From: Girardia tigrina
Lineage: Eukaryota
Reading direction: 5' to 3'
Assembly: GCA_001938485.1 (NCBI GenBank)
Contig: MQRK01218680.1
Location: 9,540-61,992, forward strand
DNA: 52,453 nt
Below are positions 11,931 to 24,196 of this stretch, piece after piece. The position numbers and the translations under genes were made by a program. The notes beneath the pieces are model-generated. The model did not search any database. It was not told where the DNA came from and was given only the letters and a program-made list of their open reading frames with translations. The stretch's first letter is position 1. Every line of letters begins with the position of its first letter.

Positions 11931-13457
11931 CTCGAGATTTCAGTGGTACCCGGAGGAATGTTGCGGTTGACATTTTACAATCATTTTCTGTTGACAATAA
12001 CAAAAAAAATAATAAAAGGAAAAATAATAATAATTAATTAGATAATAAGAAACAGTCACATTCATTTATTACACATATTAAAACAGATCTGGAATTTTAT
12101 GTTACGTCACCCGCATGAACTGACTTTGTGTCTCTACCAGGATTGACCTTTAATTTCAATAACTTTTCGGAATGATCCTCATGTCCTACACAATAAATAG
12201 ACATCATACAAAAATCAAAATCGTCTGGAGCTCATACCCTTAAACAAAATCGCGTATTCGACCCTCTCTATGAAGGTTTCAAGAAGAGCAATCGTTGAAG
12301 TCCATAAAGAGATCGGTATATCCCGTGTTAAGATATTAACCCCTCAAAAAACAAAAGAAATTAATTAAATATAAAAAATTAATTAACAAGCCCGTCATGA
12401 TTCAAAATTGACTAAGATTTTCATGAATAATCAAGAATAATCAAGTCAGCAGATTTTCCGTCATCAGTTATTAATTCCAACACACCCGATTTAGCATATA
12501 GCAATTGACATTTTTCAACGTCGTTGAACGAAATGATTGGCCAAACGCTGAAGAAAATCAAATCAAAAATCTTCACACCAGTCAGTAATAGAAAATAATT
12601 GGTATATATACCAACGCTCAATTCAGTTAAAGCGCACATTCAATCAATATGATATTTTACGAAAGTTTTCAAGCGACATAATCACAGACGAGAACAACAA
12701 CCACGACAATAAAATATTACCGAGCGAAAATTATTGACAATTCAAATGGCAATTCAAATTAGAGCAACGTTAACTCGAACCAATTTCCGATACAACAGCT
12801 TTACTGCGATATCACTTGACAGTTAACGAAAGAACCATCCGGATCGAACCGAGAATATTCGATAGAGCGACTGAAGAATTGATAAAGCGACACCGCAAAA
12901 ATCCGAAGCTTACCACAAAATGTACACCTTTAGTTGTTTCTTTTACGAACTCGTTTTATCTTTCCATATGCGTAAATAATTTTAATTCATTTCGTTTTAT
13001 TTCAATATATTTTATAAATAATTTTGATTTATTTTATTTTATCTGATAAACTGGATAGGTTTAGTTTAGACTTTTGTCTTTAGTTCTCTCGAGAAATTAC
13101 TCATTTAGTATCGTTTCAGTAGATTAGTTCAGGGCATTTGGGTTGATTCTCAGGGATATTAGTCGGTGCTTATCGATCGTCGAAGTATTACTTCAGCCAA
13201 AGAGACAGTCAGTAATGAGGTAGATTATTCGAATATGAGTAGTAACACCCACTTTAGTAAGAGAGAAATCCGCAATAACGGGTCGCCGTATTACGAACAG
13301 TATCTAGTAAGGAGATATGATACGTTCACTGAAGAGGAAAAAGAAGAGAAAGAACCGCGTAGTCTCGTTCAGGATAGATAGTCGTGGGTAGAGTTCATCC
13401 GTCGTTAGAAATCTTCCGTAGTTGTAAATTGACATTTGTAAATAATGTATGGATTAG

Positions 13458-13844
13458 TCAATAAATCGACATTGGTTCCGCGTTGCGCATCCAATCAATA
13501 ATTTTAGTCCTCAGGAGGACTGTTTCTCGTTCTCTTTTGTTACTGTCCAACATATTTGAGATAACTCCGGACAAATTGAAACGACTTGACAAGTCGTTTT
13601 CTTCGTCGACAATCGTCATCACAATACTGACGATATATCGCACGCTACGGCTGTCGAATTGGCCGTCGATCAAACGATTTTCGTACACGAAATTAATTGA
13701 TAGTTTGATCAATTTGTACAATTGTTTCCATTTTTTGTCTTTTATAATTTTATTCGTTAATTTCTGATTTTATGAGAAAAATTCGAAAAACTTAGAATAC
13801 GATATTCGAAATTGAAACTTTATTTTTAAAACATTATCCATCAT
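13458..13844 (-). pseudogene. Possible orphan gene or pseudogene (one in-frame TAA at 13770-13772)
   Basis: ORF-track ORF 13458-13721 extends in frame to an ATG at 13844 through one stop; GC/CpG-elevated; no recognisable domain. Confidence 0.3.
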
Positions 13845-13934
13845 TCTATTCAATCAATAACAATTTTAAATTTCTGAGCGGTGATTCCGCTATTTTTCAA
13901 ACTTTTTAAACAACAAACTTTTAACATTAATTCA

Positions 13935-13936
<2 letters not shown>

Positions 13937-13971
<35 letters not shown>
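13937..13971. repeat. (TA)n microsatellite
   Basis: Perfect TA run. Confidence 0.95.
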
Positions 13972-13974
<3 letters not shown>

Positions 13975-14459
13975 CATTTTCTTCTTCATACCGAAAAAAA
14001 TGTATTTTCCAGGAGTTATTCACATTAGAAATTTAAATTTGATTTTACTTTAAATTTTAACTTTACTAAAATTTCTAATTAATTACTTTATTTAATTTAT
14101 TGTTAAAAAATATATTTCTTTAATTAATTCTGCTTAAGTTCGATCAAGATGTAAATTATCTCGACCAACTTAGCTGTGTATAGCCAAATTGGTTTGGAAA
14201 GTTAGAGATATTAGACGATGTAATACGAAGTGGCATGAGAGCATGGATTTTATGACTTTTTACTAGCTGACTTTATTTATGTAAACTTTATTTTATTTTC
14301 AGATGTTGTAAATATGATGTAAGTTTGATTTATCTAAAGTTATTAAAGTTATAAAAATGAACATAAAAACGGATATGATATGAATTTGATTTATCTAAAA
14401 TTATTAAAGTTATAGATATGCCGTGAGCTTGGGTCGGCCTATTAGTTTAAAGACTGGTT

Positions 14460-14810
14460 TAGTTCTATTGATTGCCAGTTGCGTGATTATGTGCATTGTT
14501 GGACGTTTCCCTTAAATTTGGAATGGGAAATACACGGAGAAAGAGGATATTTCTTTGGGTCGAAGAATTTGCAGCCTACATGGCACTTCTTGACGGAGGA
14601 GCTGAATTTTTGGTGGTAGTAGCAGATCTGTGGTCCTGATGTTCTGGATCTGTCGCGGGTTGGACTACTCGAACGGGATGAAGATCGGGTGTGCAGTTTG
14701 TGAAATGCTTGGTGTTAGTTTAGAGAGTTTCTCTTTTAGGGCTTTTGTCTCTTGCTGTAATGACTGCATATCGATATTTGCTGATGGTGTAATTATCGAT
14801 GGGTTTGGTT
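14460..14810 (-). mobile_element. Gypsy gag C-terminal remnant with CxYH...C...C motif
   Basis: RSSSRSSSPTRDRSRTSGPQICYYHQKFSSSVKKCHVGCKF resembles the RSRSRS...CWYHxxFGxxAxKCxxPC gag tail. Confidence 0.65.
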
Positions 14811-15336
14811 AATGCGCACTAGCTCTATTGATTAAAGCATTATATGTCTATGAAGAGTATAGTGATTGTTCTCATATTTACTCGACCGATGCCCATCAAC
14901 CGACAATCGATACAAATCGATGAAATTTGGAGACTGTTCAATGGATTTCAGAATCCTTTCCATCTCCACATCACTCAACTCGATATCGTCACAACTAGTC
15001 AGTCGATTATTCATTATCATAAGCATTTGTTAAAAAAATTGCTTCTTCAAAAAAAATTATTTACAATCGAATTTCGAATTTTTCAGCGATTGTAATAACG
15101 GATCTAAACAAACGATAAAATTAAACGTTTACAAAATTCAATTTTTTTCAACTTTCATTAATTATTAGTTTTTTGTAAATATATTCGCATATGTATTTAA
15201 TAATAATTAAACTTGTTTTTACATAAATTCATAAATATTATTTTCTTTTTTTTAAATATCCATAGCATGACGATTTCGATATAGATTTCATGAGAGATGC
15301 GGTAAAGACACGCTCCTCTTGAGGTTGTATTGATTT

Positions 15337-15400
15337 CGGGGCGGTCGCCAGTAACAATATGCCACCATTTATAACTTTAATAACACATCATAAGTTTGAA
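15337..15400 (-). promoter_or_regulatory. Possible LTR 3' end plus PBS upstream of the gag remnant
   Basis: Minus strand ...GTTATTAAAGTTATA...TGTTAC followed by TGGCGACCGCCCCG. Confidence 0.35.
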
Positions 15401-15624
15401 AATAATCACGCAAACAATAAATTATTAAAACAACGTATATATCAAACTATTCATATTGTGTATTTATTAATATTTTTATTCATTATAATAAAAATGCATA
15501 AAATATAAAATGTATATATTTTAAACAAATCAAATTTAAATAAAATATTAATTATTTATTTTATCATACCATTTAAATGGTTATTAAATTAAAATTCATA
15601 TAATTACTTAAATTTGTTACAATA

Positions 15625-18216
15625 ATGAATAAATATTTTACAAAATGTAATAATATCAATGACCAAAATGTTTTACTTTGTGCTCAATTTATGATCGAAA
15701 ATGCAAAAGTATTAAACGATATGTGCTTAAACGATATCAGAAACACGTGCAAATTGAATTGCACTAACGATCATTATAATCAATCAGAAGATCGAGAAGT
15801 TATCACAGATTTCAATGAACAAATAAATATAAATCAGTCAGAAGGTGAAGAGATTGTTAAAGATCTTGATGAAGACATTAATATTGATCAATCAGAAATC
15901 CCAGAAATTATAAAAGATTTCGATAAACAAATAAACAGTTTTGAACCAGAAGATCAAGTTAATGAAGATTTTGTTGTACAAATAGATATTATTGAGTCAG
16001 AAAATCAAGAAATCAATAAAGGTTTTGATGAACAAATAAATATCAATCAGTCAGAAGGTGAAGAGACTGTTAAAGATCTTGTTGAAGTCATTAATATTGA
16101 TCAATCAGAAAATCAGCAAGTCAAAAATAATTCCGATGATCAAATAAAAATTATCGAATTAAAAGATCAAAATGTCATTACAGATTTCTATAAACAATTG
16201 AATAACTTATTAGAAAAAGAAAATGAATTAATAAACTTCAATATTCTTTTACCTTCTATTTCTCAACAGGAAAAAAGATAAGGATTTCTACAAAGAACAG
16301 TTGCGAAAGAACAAGAAGATAAAAGACAAAAAGAAATTCTACTTGAAAAGAAAAAGCTCCAAGAAATAGAAAAATTGAAAGCGATCGAATTTAAACAAAT
16401 TCAAGAACGATTGGAAGAAGAAAATAAAAGAAAAATCGAAATCGAAATGCAAAGAGCACAACAGATCGAACTCGAGAAAGAAAGAATCAGACAAATTGAG
16501 ATTCAAGAACAATTGGAGGTAGAAAATAAAAGAAAAATGGAAATCGAAATGCAAAGAGCACAACAGATCGAATTCGAGCTAGAAAGAATCAGAAAAATTG
16601 AGATTCAAGAACGATTGGAGGAAGAAAATAAAAGGAAAATGGAAATCGAAATGCAAAGAGCACAACAGATCGAACTCGAGAAAGAAAGAATTAGACAAAT
16701 TGAGATTCAAGAACGATTGGAAGAAGAAAATAAAAGAAAAATCGAAATCGAAATGCAAAGAGCACAACAGATCGAACTCGAGCTAGAAAGAATCAGACAA
16801 ATTGAGATTCAAGAACGATTGGAGGAAGAAAATAAAAGGAAAATGGAAATCGAAATGCAAAGAGCACAACAGATCGAACTCGAGAAAGAAAGAATTAGAC
16901 AAATTGAGATTCAAGAACGATTGGAGGTAGAAAATAAAAGAAAAATCGAAATCGAAATGCAAAGAGCACAACAGATCGAACTCGAGCTAGAAAGAATCAG
17001 ACAAATTGAGATTCAAGAACGATTGGAAGAAGAAAATAAAAGAAAAATCGAAATCGAAATGCAAAGAGCACAACAGATCGAACTCGAGAAAGAAAGAATT
17101 AGACAAATTGAGATTCAAGAACGATTGGAAGAAGAAAATAAAAGAAAAATCGAAATCGAAATGCAAAGAGCACAACAGATCGAACTCGAGCTAGAAAGAA
17201 TTAGACAAATTGAGATTCAAGAACGATTGGAAGAAGAAAATATAAGGAAAATGGAAATCGAAATGCAAAGAGCACAACAGATCGAACTCGAGAAAGAAAG
17301 AATTAGACAAATTGAGATTCAAGCACGATTGGAGGAAGAAAATAAAAGAAAAATGGAAATCGAAATGCAAAGAGCACAAGAGATCGAACTCGAGAAAGGA
17401 CTTCAGGAAATTAGACGAGCAGAAATTGATAGACAATTACAAGAGATTAAACAAATTGAAATCAATAATCGATTAAAGGAGGAAAAGCGAAGACATATAG
17501 AAGAAGAAAGACAAATACAACAAGAAAACCTAAAACAAATAAAGATTAAAAGTCAATTTGAAGAAACAGAAAATAAGAAACAATTAGTAAAAACAAGAAA
17601 ACGACAAATACAAACCGAAAGTGAAAAGACAATTAAAATTGCAATCAAAAGAAGAAAGTTAAATGAAAGCGAAAGCCTGTATGAAATAATCAAGCAACAT
17701 ATTATAGATAATCAAGGACAGCGAGAAGAAAATAAAAGACAAAATGTAAATGAAATTGAGATTGAAAGAATACCAAAAGAAGATAGTAAAAATAAGTTAG
17801 TTAAAACAAGAAAACGACAAAGTAAAACCGAAAATAACAAAATAAATAAAATGTCAAACAAGAAACAAAAGTTGAATAATATCGAAAATCCATTTGAAGT
17901 ACACAAGCAACATCAAATTGATAATAAAATGCAACAAGAATTCGCAAATGATAAATCGACTAACGATGAAATAGTTATAGAAAAACAAAAAAGAATGCGA
18001 AAAAATAAAAATTTAGAAAACATAACACAAGAGATAAAAATGTCAGAAAATAGAAACGTTAGTAAACAAAATATTAAACAAAAGAATAAAGAAGTCGAAG
18101 AAAGATTACGAAATTTAATATCGACGACATTTGAGGCCCCGAAACCGAAAGAAGTCAACCACCGAAATGTAGAAGTCGGAAATAAATTAAAAGGACTACT
18201 TTCAAAAATGTTTTAA
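15625..18216 (+). pseudogene. Paralog of 8727-10829 with 10 repeats and one in-frame TAA (16279-16281); 863 codons
   Basis: ORFs 15625-16281 and 16375-18216 are in the same frame; TTA GTA in the paralog reads TAA GGA here. Confidence 0.85.
16399..17400 (+). repeat. Coding tandem repeat, ~10 x 102 bp with 204-bp higher-order alternation
   Basis: Units alternate ELEKER and ELELER endings. Confidence 0.95.
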
Positions 18217-19479
18217 GATTACAAAAATTTTACTTTATTTATTTTGTTATTTTACTATAATGATTTTACTATAATGTGTTTATTAACACTGTAATAATTT
18301 TTTGGTAAACTCAAAATATTTTTAGAATTTTGAAAATTAAAACTGTAAAACATTTTAAACATAATGTATAAATATTTTATAATAATTTATACATTTTATA
18401 AAGTTTCCAATATTTAAAATTCAGATTTAATCACATAAATAAATAGTTGTATACAAAACTAATTATAATTAAAGCTATTTTAAAATTGAATATGGAAATT
18501 AAAATTAACCGAATGTAAAAAATACTAAGTAGAATTAAATGATTTTATGAATTAATGTGAAATAAAATTATGCGGAAACTAAATATTATTTTTAAACAGA
18601 ATTACATAAATGTCTAAGCTTTAAATTTAAATTAAAATGGTTTCATAATATAATGTAAAAGTATTTTGGAAGAGTATTAAATTGAAAATTTTTTATACTA
18701 AATTAAATAAAATGATTGATATCAGAATATGTTCGATATAAAAATATTATTAAAATAACTGTTAAAAATTTTGAAGTTTAAAATTTAGTAAATCCAAAGG
18801 TAATTAATTCAAGATCCAAATAAAAATAATCAGGAAGTATTAGTTAATTTAAACATTCCATTAAAACATTTTACAAAAATATATTGGTAAAATTATCACG
18901 ATAATGATATTTTAAAATGAGAATAAATTTGAGATATTGCGAATTATAAAATTGTAGAAAAATAATATAAATTTAAACATTGTGAAATAATTATTTGTAG
19001 TTAAATTATATAGATGTTAAAAAATGTATTTAAAGAAAATCAGATAGTAGTAAAATGTAATTCTTTTAAAATTATGGTTATTAAAAAAATTAACAAAGTC
19101 AATTCGTAAAAATATCAATTTTAATAAATGTCATATCAGTATTTATAATTCAGTATTTTTACGTAATATTTTGTTTTCTTTTTGACTAGAATGATTTTTT
19201 ACCAGGTCAAAAAAAACAAAAGAAATTTTCCCCAACAAAAAATTGTTTGAATCATTGTAAATTGTTATAGAAATAAAGTTTTGAGTTCTTATGAATTCAA
19301 TTATTGATTACAAAACTAACAAACACTGTGTTTAATTATATTATATTTGTAAGTAGAATCACACATAACAACAAGTATTTAATTTATTTAAAACTAACAC
19401 AAAACAATTTGAATATTAAAACAACGTCCCAATATTTCTAATGATATTTACGATCATTTATGTGTATAAATATGGTGAT

Positions 19480-20182
19480 TTAGGATGAAGACCATTCATG
19501 AATGTTAGGAATGGTTCTATGAGGGATTGATTACTGAAAACCAAAAAGACATCCTCTACATATCTCTTGTACAACACAAGTTTTTCACCAGGGTATGCAT
19601 TCATTTTATCCTCAAGCGACTTCATAATGTTAAATTCACCACAGAATTGGAAGTAGATAAAAACTTCCTTTTCTGGACATTCTTGTCACTACGATGATTG
19701 GAGGCTCTGAAACTGAATTATTCAGACAGGCAACAGATACAGGTCTCTACATAACACCAAAGAGTTTTTGTGAGGAAAAAATAGAGAGGGTATGATAAAA
19801 GGCCTCTTTAGAGAGTTTTGAATTTTTCGTCCAGTTTTGAAATTGCAAATCATTGTTTAAATTCTTAGAGGGCACTTGAGGGACAATATGTATACAAACA
19901 AGTAAATAGAAGCAACATTAGGGCAACATTAGACAGATTTTATTCAGATACACGAGTTAAGAAACAATTAAAAGAAGAAAATACTGAAGAATACAAACAA
20001 ATCATTAAAATTCCATATTCTAAAGGATTTAGAGCTTTTAAGAAAAGTATTTGTAAAACAATAAGTGGTGCCAAGGTAGTCTCAGACACATCCAAAGTTC
20101 AAATTTTTCTCTTAAATAAATCGAAAACAGTTTGCGGTTTGCAATCTAATCTGGTATATAAATTTAATTGTCACAGGTGTCA
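19480..20182 (+). mobile_element. Penelope-like fragment with inverted 5' part (19480-19625 minus; 19626-20182 plus)
   Basis: Minus: MKSLEDKM...LYKRYVEDVFLVF...MNGLHP. Plus: NVKFTTE...FLDILV...TDTGLY...KIPYSKG...NLVYKFNCHRC. Confidence 0.85.
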
Positions 20183-22480
20183 AAACTCGAAACGAAGGAA
20201 TCCTTTCTCTGTACTGTACAAAGCAGTGTGAAGGACGAAGTGTTAGCAGAGCACTTCTCACATCTATTCAGAAAAGGCGAAAGAGACTATCTCGTGGAAA
20301 TCGAACAGAGCCAAGCACTCGAAATAGACCACTCAACGAACGTAGAATAAGTAGGTACCGCTATTGGACAACTAAAAAACGGTATAGCTGCTGGAAGCAA
20401 CTGTATCATTCCAGAGCTATATAAATGGGGCGGTCTCCAGTTGACTGAGAAGATACAACAATGTTTCGTGGACATATGGGAGGAAAGAGCAGAATTCCCG
20501 TAGGCTTGGAAAACGGCGAAAGTCGTGATCCTATACAAAGGAAAGGGTTCCAAGAAGGAATTGAATAATTATAGAGGTGTAGGAGGAAAGATCATGGCCC
20601 GAATCATTGAAAATAGATTACTGCCACATCTCGAAAGGATACTGGACGACTGGCAATTTGGTTTCAGACAGAACAGAAGCACAGTGCACGCAATTGGTAT
20701 CTTACGAAAGATACAAGAAGAGGCCAGATACCGGAACATAAACGTATTTGTTATTTTTATCGACCTTAAAAAGGCATTTTACAGCGTACCCAGGAAAGTT
20801 CTCTGGGATTGCCTTCAAGGAATTGGAATACAAGATCGGATGCTAAGTATCATCATGAAATTTCATGAAGTTTTCACGGGAAGCATTGGAAATGATAAAT
20901 TCAGTATGGACAAAGGAGTCCGTCAGGGTTGAGTATTGGATCCTCTACTATTCAACGATGTCTTTGATCATGCAATTAAGACCGCGATCAAAGAAGGACT
21001 ATCAGGTGGTGTGAAACTAAAATACAATAGGGAAGAGATGACCGTGAACAGACTTGTTTATGCAGACGACCTGTGCTTACTGGTCGAAGACTATGGGAAT
21101 ATAGAACGGAATCTCACGTGTCTTAACAGTGTGTTCTTGAATATTGGGCTCAAAATCAACATTGGGAAAACAAAGATCATGAATCTCAATGGAGCAAAGT
21201 ACACTACGGCAAGAGACGAGCCGAATGCCGAAATAGAATGGGTGGACAAATTCTGCTACCTTGGATCGATAATTGAAAGTGGAGGAAGCTCAAGTACGGA
21301 CATCAAAGCCAGAATTCAGAAAGGAGCAGCGAAATTACGGACGATCAGACTAGTGTTGAAGAACAACAAATAGTCTCTCCGGAATAAGAAAAACATAATT
21401 AGCAGCTGTGTATTCCCGGTGGTTTACTACAGCTGTGAAAATTGGAGGACAAATGAAGTACACGTGAGAAAGCTAAAAGCATTTCACAATCTATGTACTC
21501 GGCGAACTTTGGGGATTTCGAAAGCCGAAAGGATCAGGATGGATGAGATATCAATTGGACTGCAAAGCCCAAATGGATATCATCACGCGGAGGAGAATCG
21601 AACGCAATACCAAGGTCGATTTAGGAGAATACCCGGAGAACGTCAAGCAGATCAGTAGATGCGAACTCATCGGAGGAAAGAAGATCAGCGGTCAGAGAAA
21701 GCAACATCTGGCAGAATGTCTCAGAGTGGATGCTCACTAGCTCTTTGGAGTCGAGTACAGTTTCGGTTAATTAAAAAGAGACGTTCTGCAGGAAAACTTA
21801 CTGAAGATGGATGGAAAGATCAAGAAAGTATTCCGACTGAAGAGAATCCAAAGAAGCGGGGACGAGCAAACACTAAGACTGATGCTACCTCGTCTGAAAG
21901 AACACAGCTGCCAATGGATGCCTGTTACAAACAATATGCGGAAGTGAAGGAGTTAAACAGGTATCTCAGAAGAGATCACGAAGGAGCAGAGCCAATCCCG
22001 CGGCAGAAGAGAGAGAAGAAAGCCCAGCCACGTCAGAAGAAAGGAAAATATCAATGTCAGCACTGTCCGAGGGAATACAAGACCGCTGGTTTCCTAAGGA
22101 TTCATATTCAGAAGAATTATCAAGAAGCGCCAACATCCAACGCCCAGAGAGAAGAAAACTTGGAAGAAGAGAACGAGGAAGAGCCGACATCAAACCAATC
22201 CAATCCTCTGTTGCCGGGCGCAACTTTGAGTATGCCGAGGATACAGCGGAATGACGATGCCGAAGAGACGCACCTACAATACTGACTGCCAGCCGATTAC
22301 AAGACTGCAAGGGGACAATTCAAGTGCCAATTTCGCAGTTGTTACGCGTCTACCGTAACAGCCAACGGCATGAACGGCCATGGTACCAAGTTTCATGGTT
22401 TGTCGTTCGTTACTGGTAAGCCGACTGCTCAGAGGCGGAAGGCCACTGACCCCGTAGGAGGCCTATCGGGGGGCCCTTAA
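20183..22480 (+). mobile_element. 5'-truncated non-LTR retrotransposon (RTE-like RT) with C-terminal C2H2 zinc fingers, inactivated
   Basis: LYKGKG..NNYRG, QFGFR, FIDLKKAF, GVRQG*VL.PLLFN, YADDL, GLKIN..KTK, FCYLGS; three C2H2-like motifs; several stops. Confidence 0.9.
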
Positions 22481-22565
22481 GGACATTAGTTTGGGTGGAC
22501 TTTCTAAAGAGCCTTAGGTTCAATACCATTACAGAGATGGGAGGCCCACATCGGAGAGTTAAACC

Positions 22566-22665
22566 TTCAAAATGGATAAAGGAGTGTCAAGGTTGTGTTT
22601 TAGGGCCGCTCCAGTTCCATATTGTAGTTGACACGGTTGTGAAAAGAGCAATATCGAACGGTTTC
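22566..22665 (+). mobile_element. Short fragment of a second related LINE RT
   Basis: FKMDKGV/QGCVLGPLQF..VVD.VVKRAI with a frameshift, homologous to ~20900-21000. Confidence 0.65.
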
Positions 22666-23486
22666 TCCTTTTTTTGTGATTCAGATTCTTGTGATATAGA
22701 TTCTTGTGACGAAGAATCTGAGGGAGCGTTTCATATTTAATTTATTTATTAAATGAAATATTTAACATGAAAAAATATAGAAAATTATTTGTTTAAATAA
22801 TATCTATTTAATGTATTTTTATTGAAAAATAAATTTTATAGATTTGTTATTCGTTGTTACAATTAAATCAATAATAAACAATAAATAACGAAGAATTAGT
22901 AAAAAATTATACAAATTTCATAATATTATTACTCTCAAATAACAAAAAATGAACGCTATTTCAACAATAATTTTCGATAAAAGAATAATTGATGCTTTCA
23001 TTGATATCTCTATTAAAGGTTTATGATTAACTTAATTTTTAATTATTTTTGAAAGTTCAGGTTTCAAAAATTGATTTAATCTTGATTTTCATACTTTTTT
23101 AAATTTTCATAATTTTAAAAGATTTTTCTTTATTTGACGCGTAACCTTATCATATGCAACCCACGTATGACATAGGAATATAATTTATTAATTGGTCTTC
23201 ATTATGTTTTATTATCTCATGTAATTTCGAGTTAACGTTGTGTTACAAGACCAACATTGGAACTCTATATAATAAAATAATTGTGATATTTTATAGTATA
23301 AAATAAGAATCAACAAATAAAAGGCTAAATAATATTTGTAAAAAGTTTTTTCCTGATTGAACTTGAGTTCCAAAATTCTAAATTCTAAAAATGTCATAGA
23401 TTGAAAGTCAAAAAACTGTTTTTTTATGATTTGTGTAAATTATTGTAGAATAAATTAAACACGATTTAAATAAATAATTATACTAC

Positions 23487-23797
23487 CTAAAAATAATAAT
23501 AAATATTATTAATAAAAAAATTTTATAAAAAAACCACGTTTTTCAAGCATTACCAATGCACTAAAAAGAGGAAAATAATTTTTTTTCTAGACATGTGCGA
23601 AATTTTATACCTAACCAAAAACATGGGGCGGATATCTGAATTACTGCTATTAGTAACTGCGAATTCCTCTTTACTACTTTTTAGTAACGATCGATCATTT
23701 CTATGCCCCACGTTTTTTTAGTGCATTGGTAATGCTTGAAAAACGTGGTTTTTTTATAAAAATTTTTTTATTAATAATATTATTTATCTATTTTTAG
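23487..23797. mobile_element. Foldback/MITE-like element with ~65-80-bp inverted arms
   Basis: 23502-23567 is a near-perfect reverse complement of 23715-23781; inner IR AAAACATGGGGC / GCCCCACGTTTT. Confidence 0.8.
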
Positions 23798-24074
23798 TTA
23801 TCATTTAGGAATTCAAATCTTTCGATTGATTTCGAATAACAGAAATGATAATAAAACCAAAATAACAAAGTTTTATTTTAANNNNNNNNNNNNNNNNNNN
23901 NNNNNNNNNNNNNNNNNNNNNNNNNNNNNNNAAATAATTTTTAAACCTAATTTTAATACTTCTACACTTAATTATCACTTGATTTTCACAATATTTGTTC
24001 AATTTATTATTTTTTTCCGTACATCCGTAAAGTAAATGTTTTAAAATATTCTGTTGTCATCGGAAGCAAGCGTG

Positions 24075-24196
24075 TATAAAAAAATTCAGCTCAATTGGAT
24101 GACTGAACGTGGTCGAAAAATCAATCGCAAGATTTGTTCCAGACAGACAGAAAGACAAACAGACAAGAAACCAAGCTAAGTAAAACGTGGTAAAAA
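24075..24196 (+). mobile_element. Possible non-autonomous Helitron/Helentron (HINE/DINE-like) 3' part
   Basis: AAATTCAGCTCAATTGGATGA...GCAAGATTTG, a (CAGA)n-like microsatellite, then AAGCTAAGTAAAACGTGGTAA; this architecture resembles insect rolling-circle derivatives. Confidence 0.45.

Noticed and set aside
16399-17400. CRISPR-like array
   Set aside because: Contiguous 102-bp coding units with no unique spacers, no cas genes, eukaryotic context.
16339-18158. Multiple Phe/Leu-rich antisense and Lys-rich off-frame ORFs (also at 9037-9818)
   Set aside because: Shadows of the periodic repeat gene.
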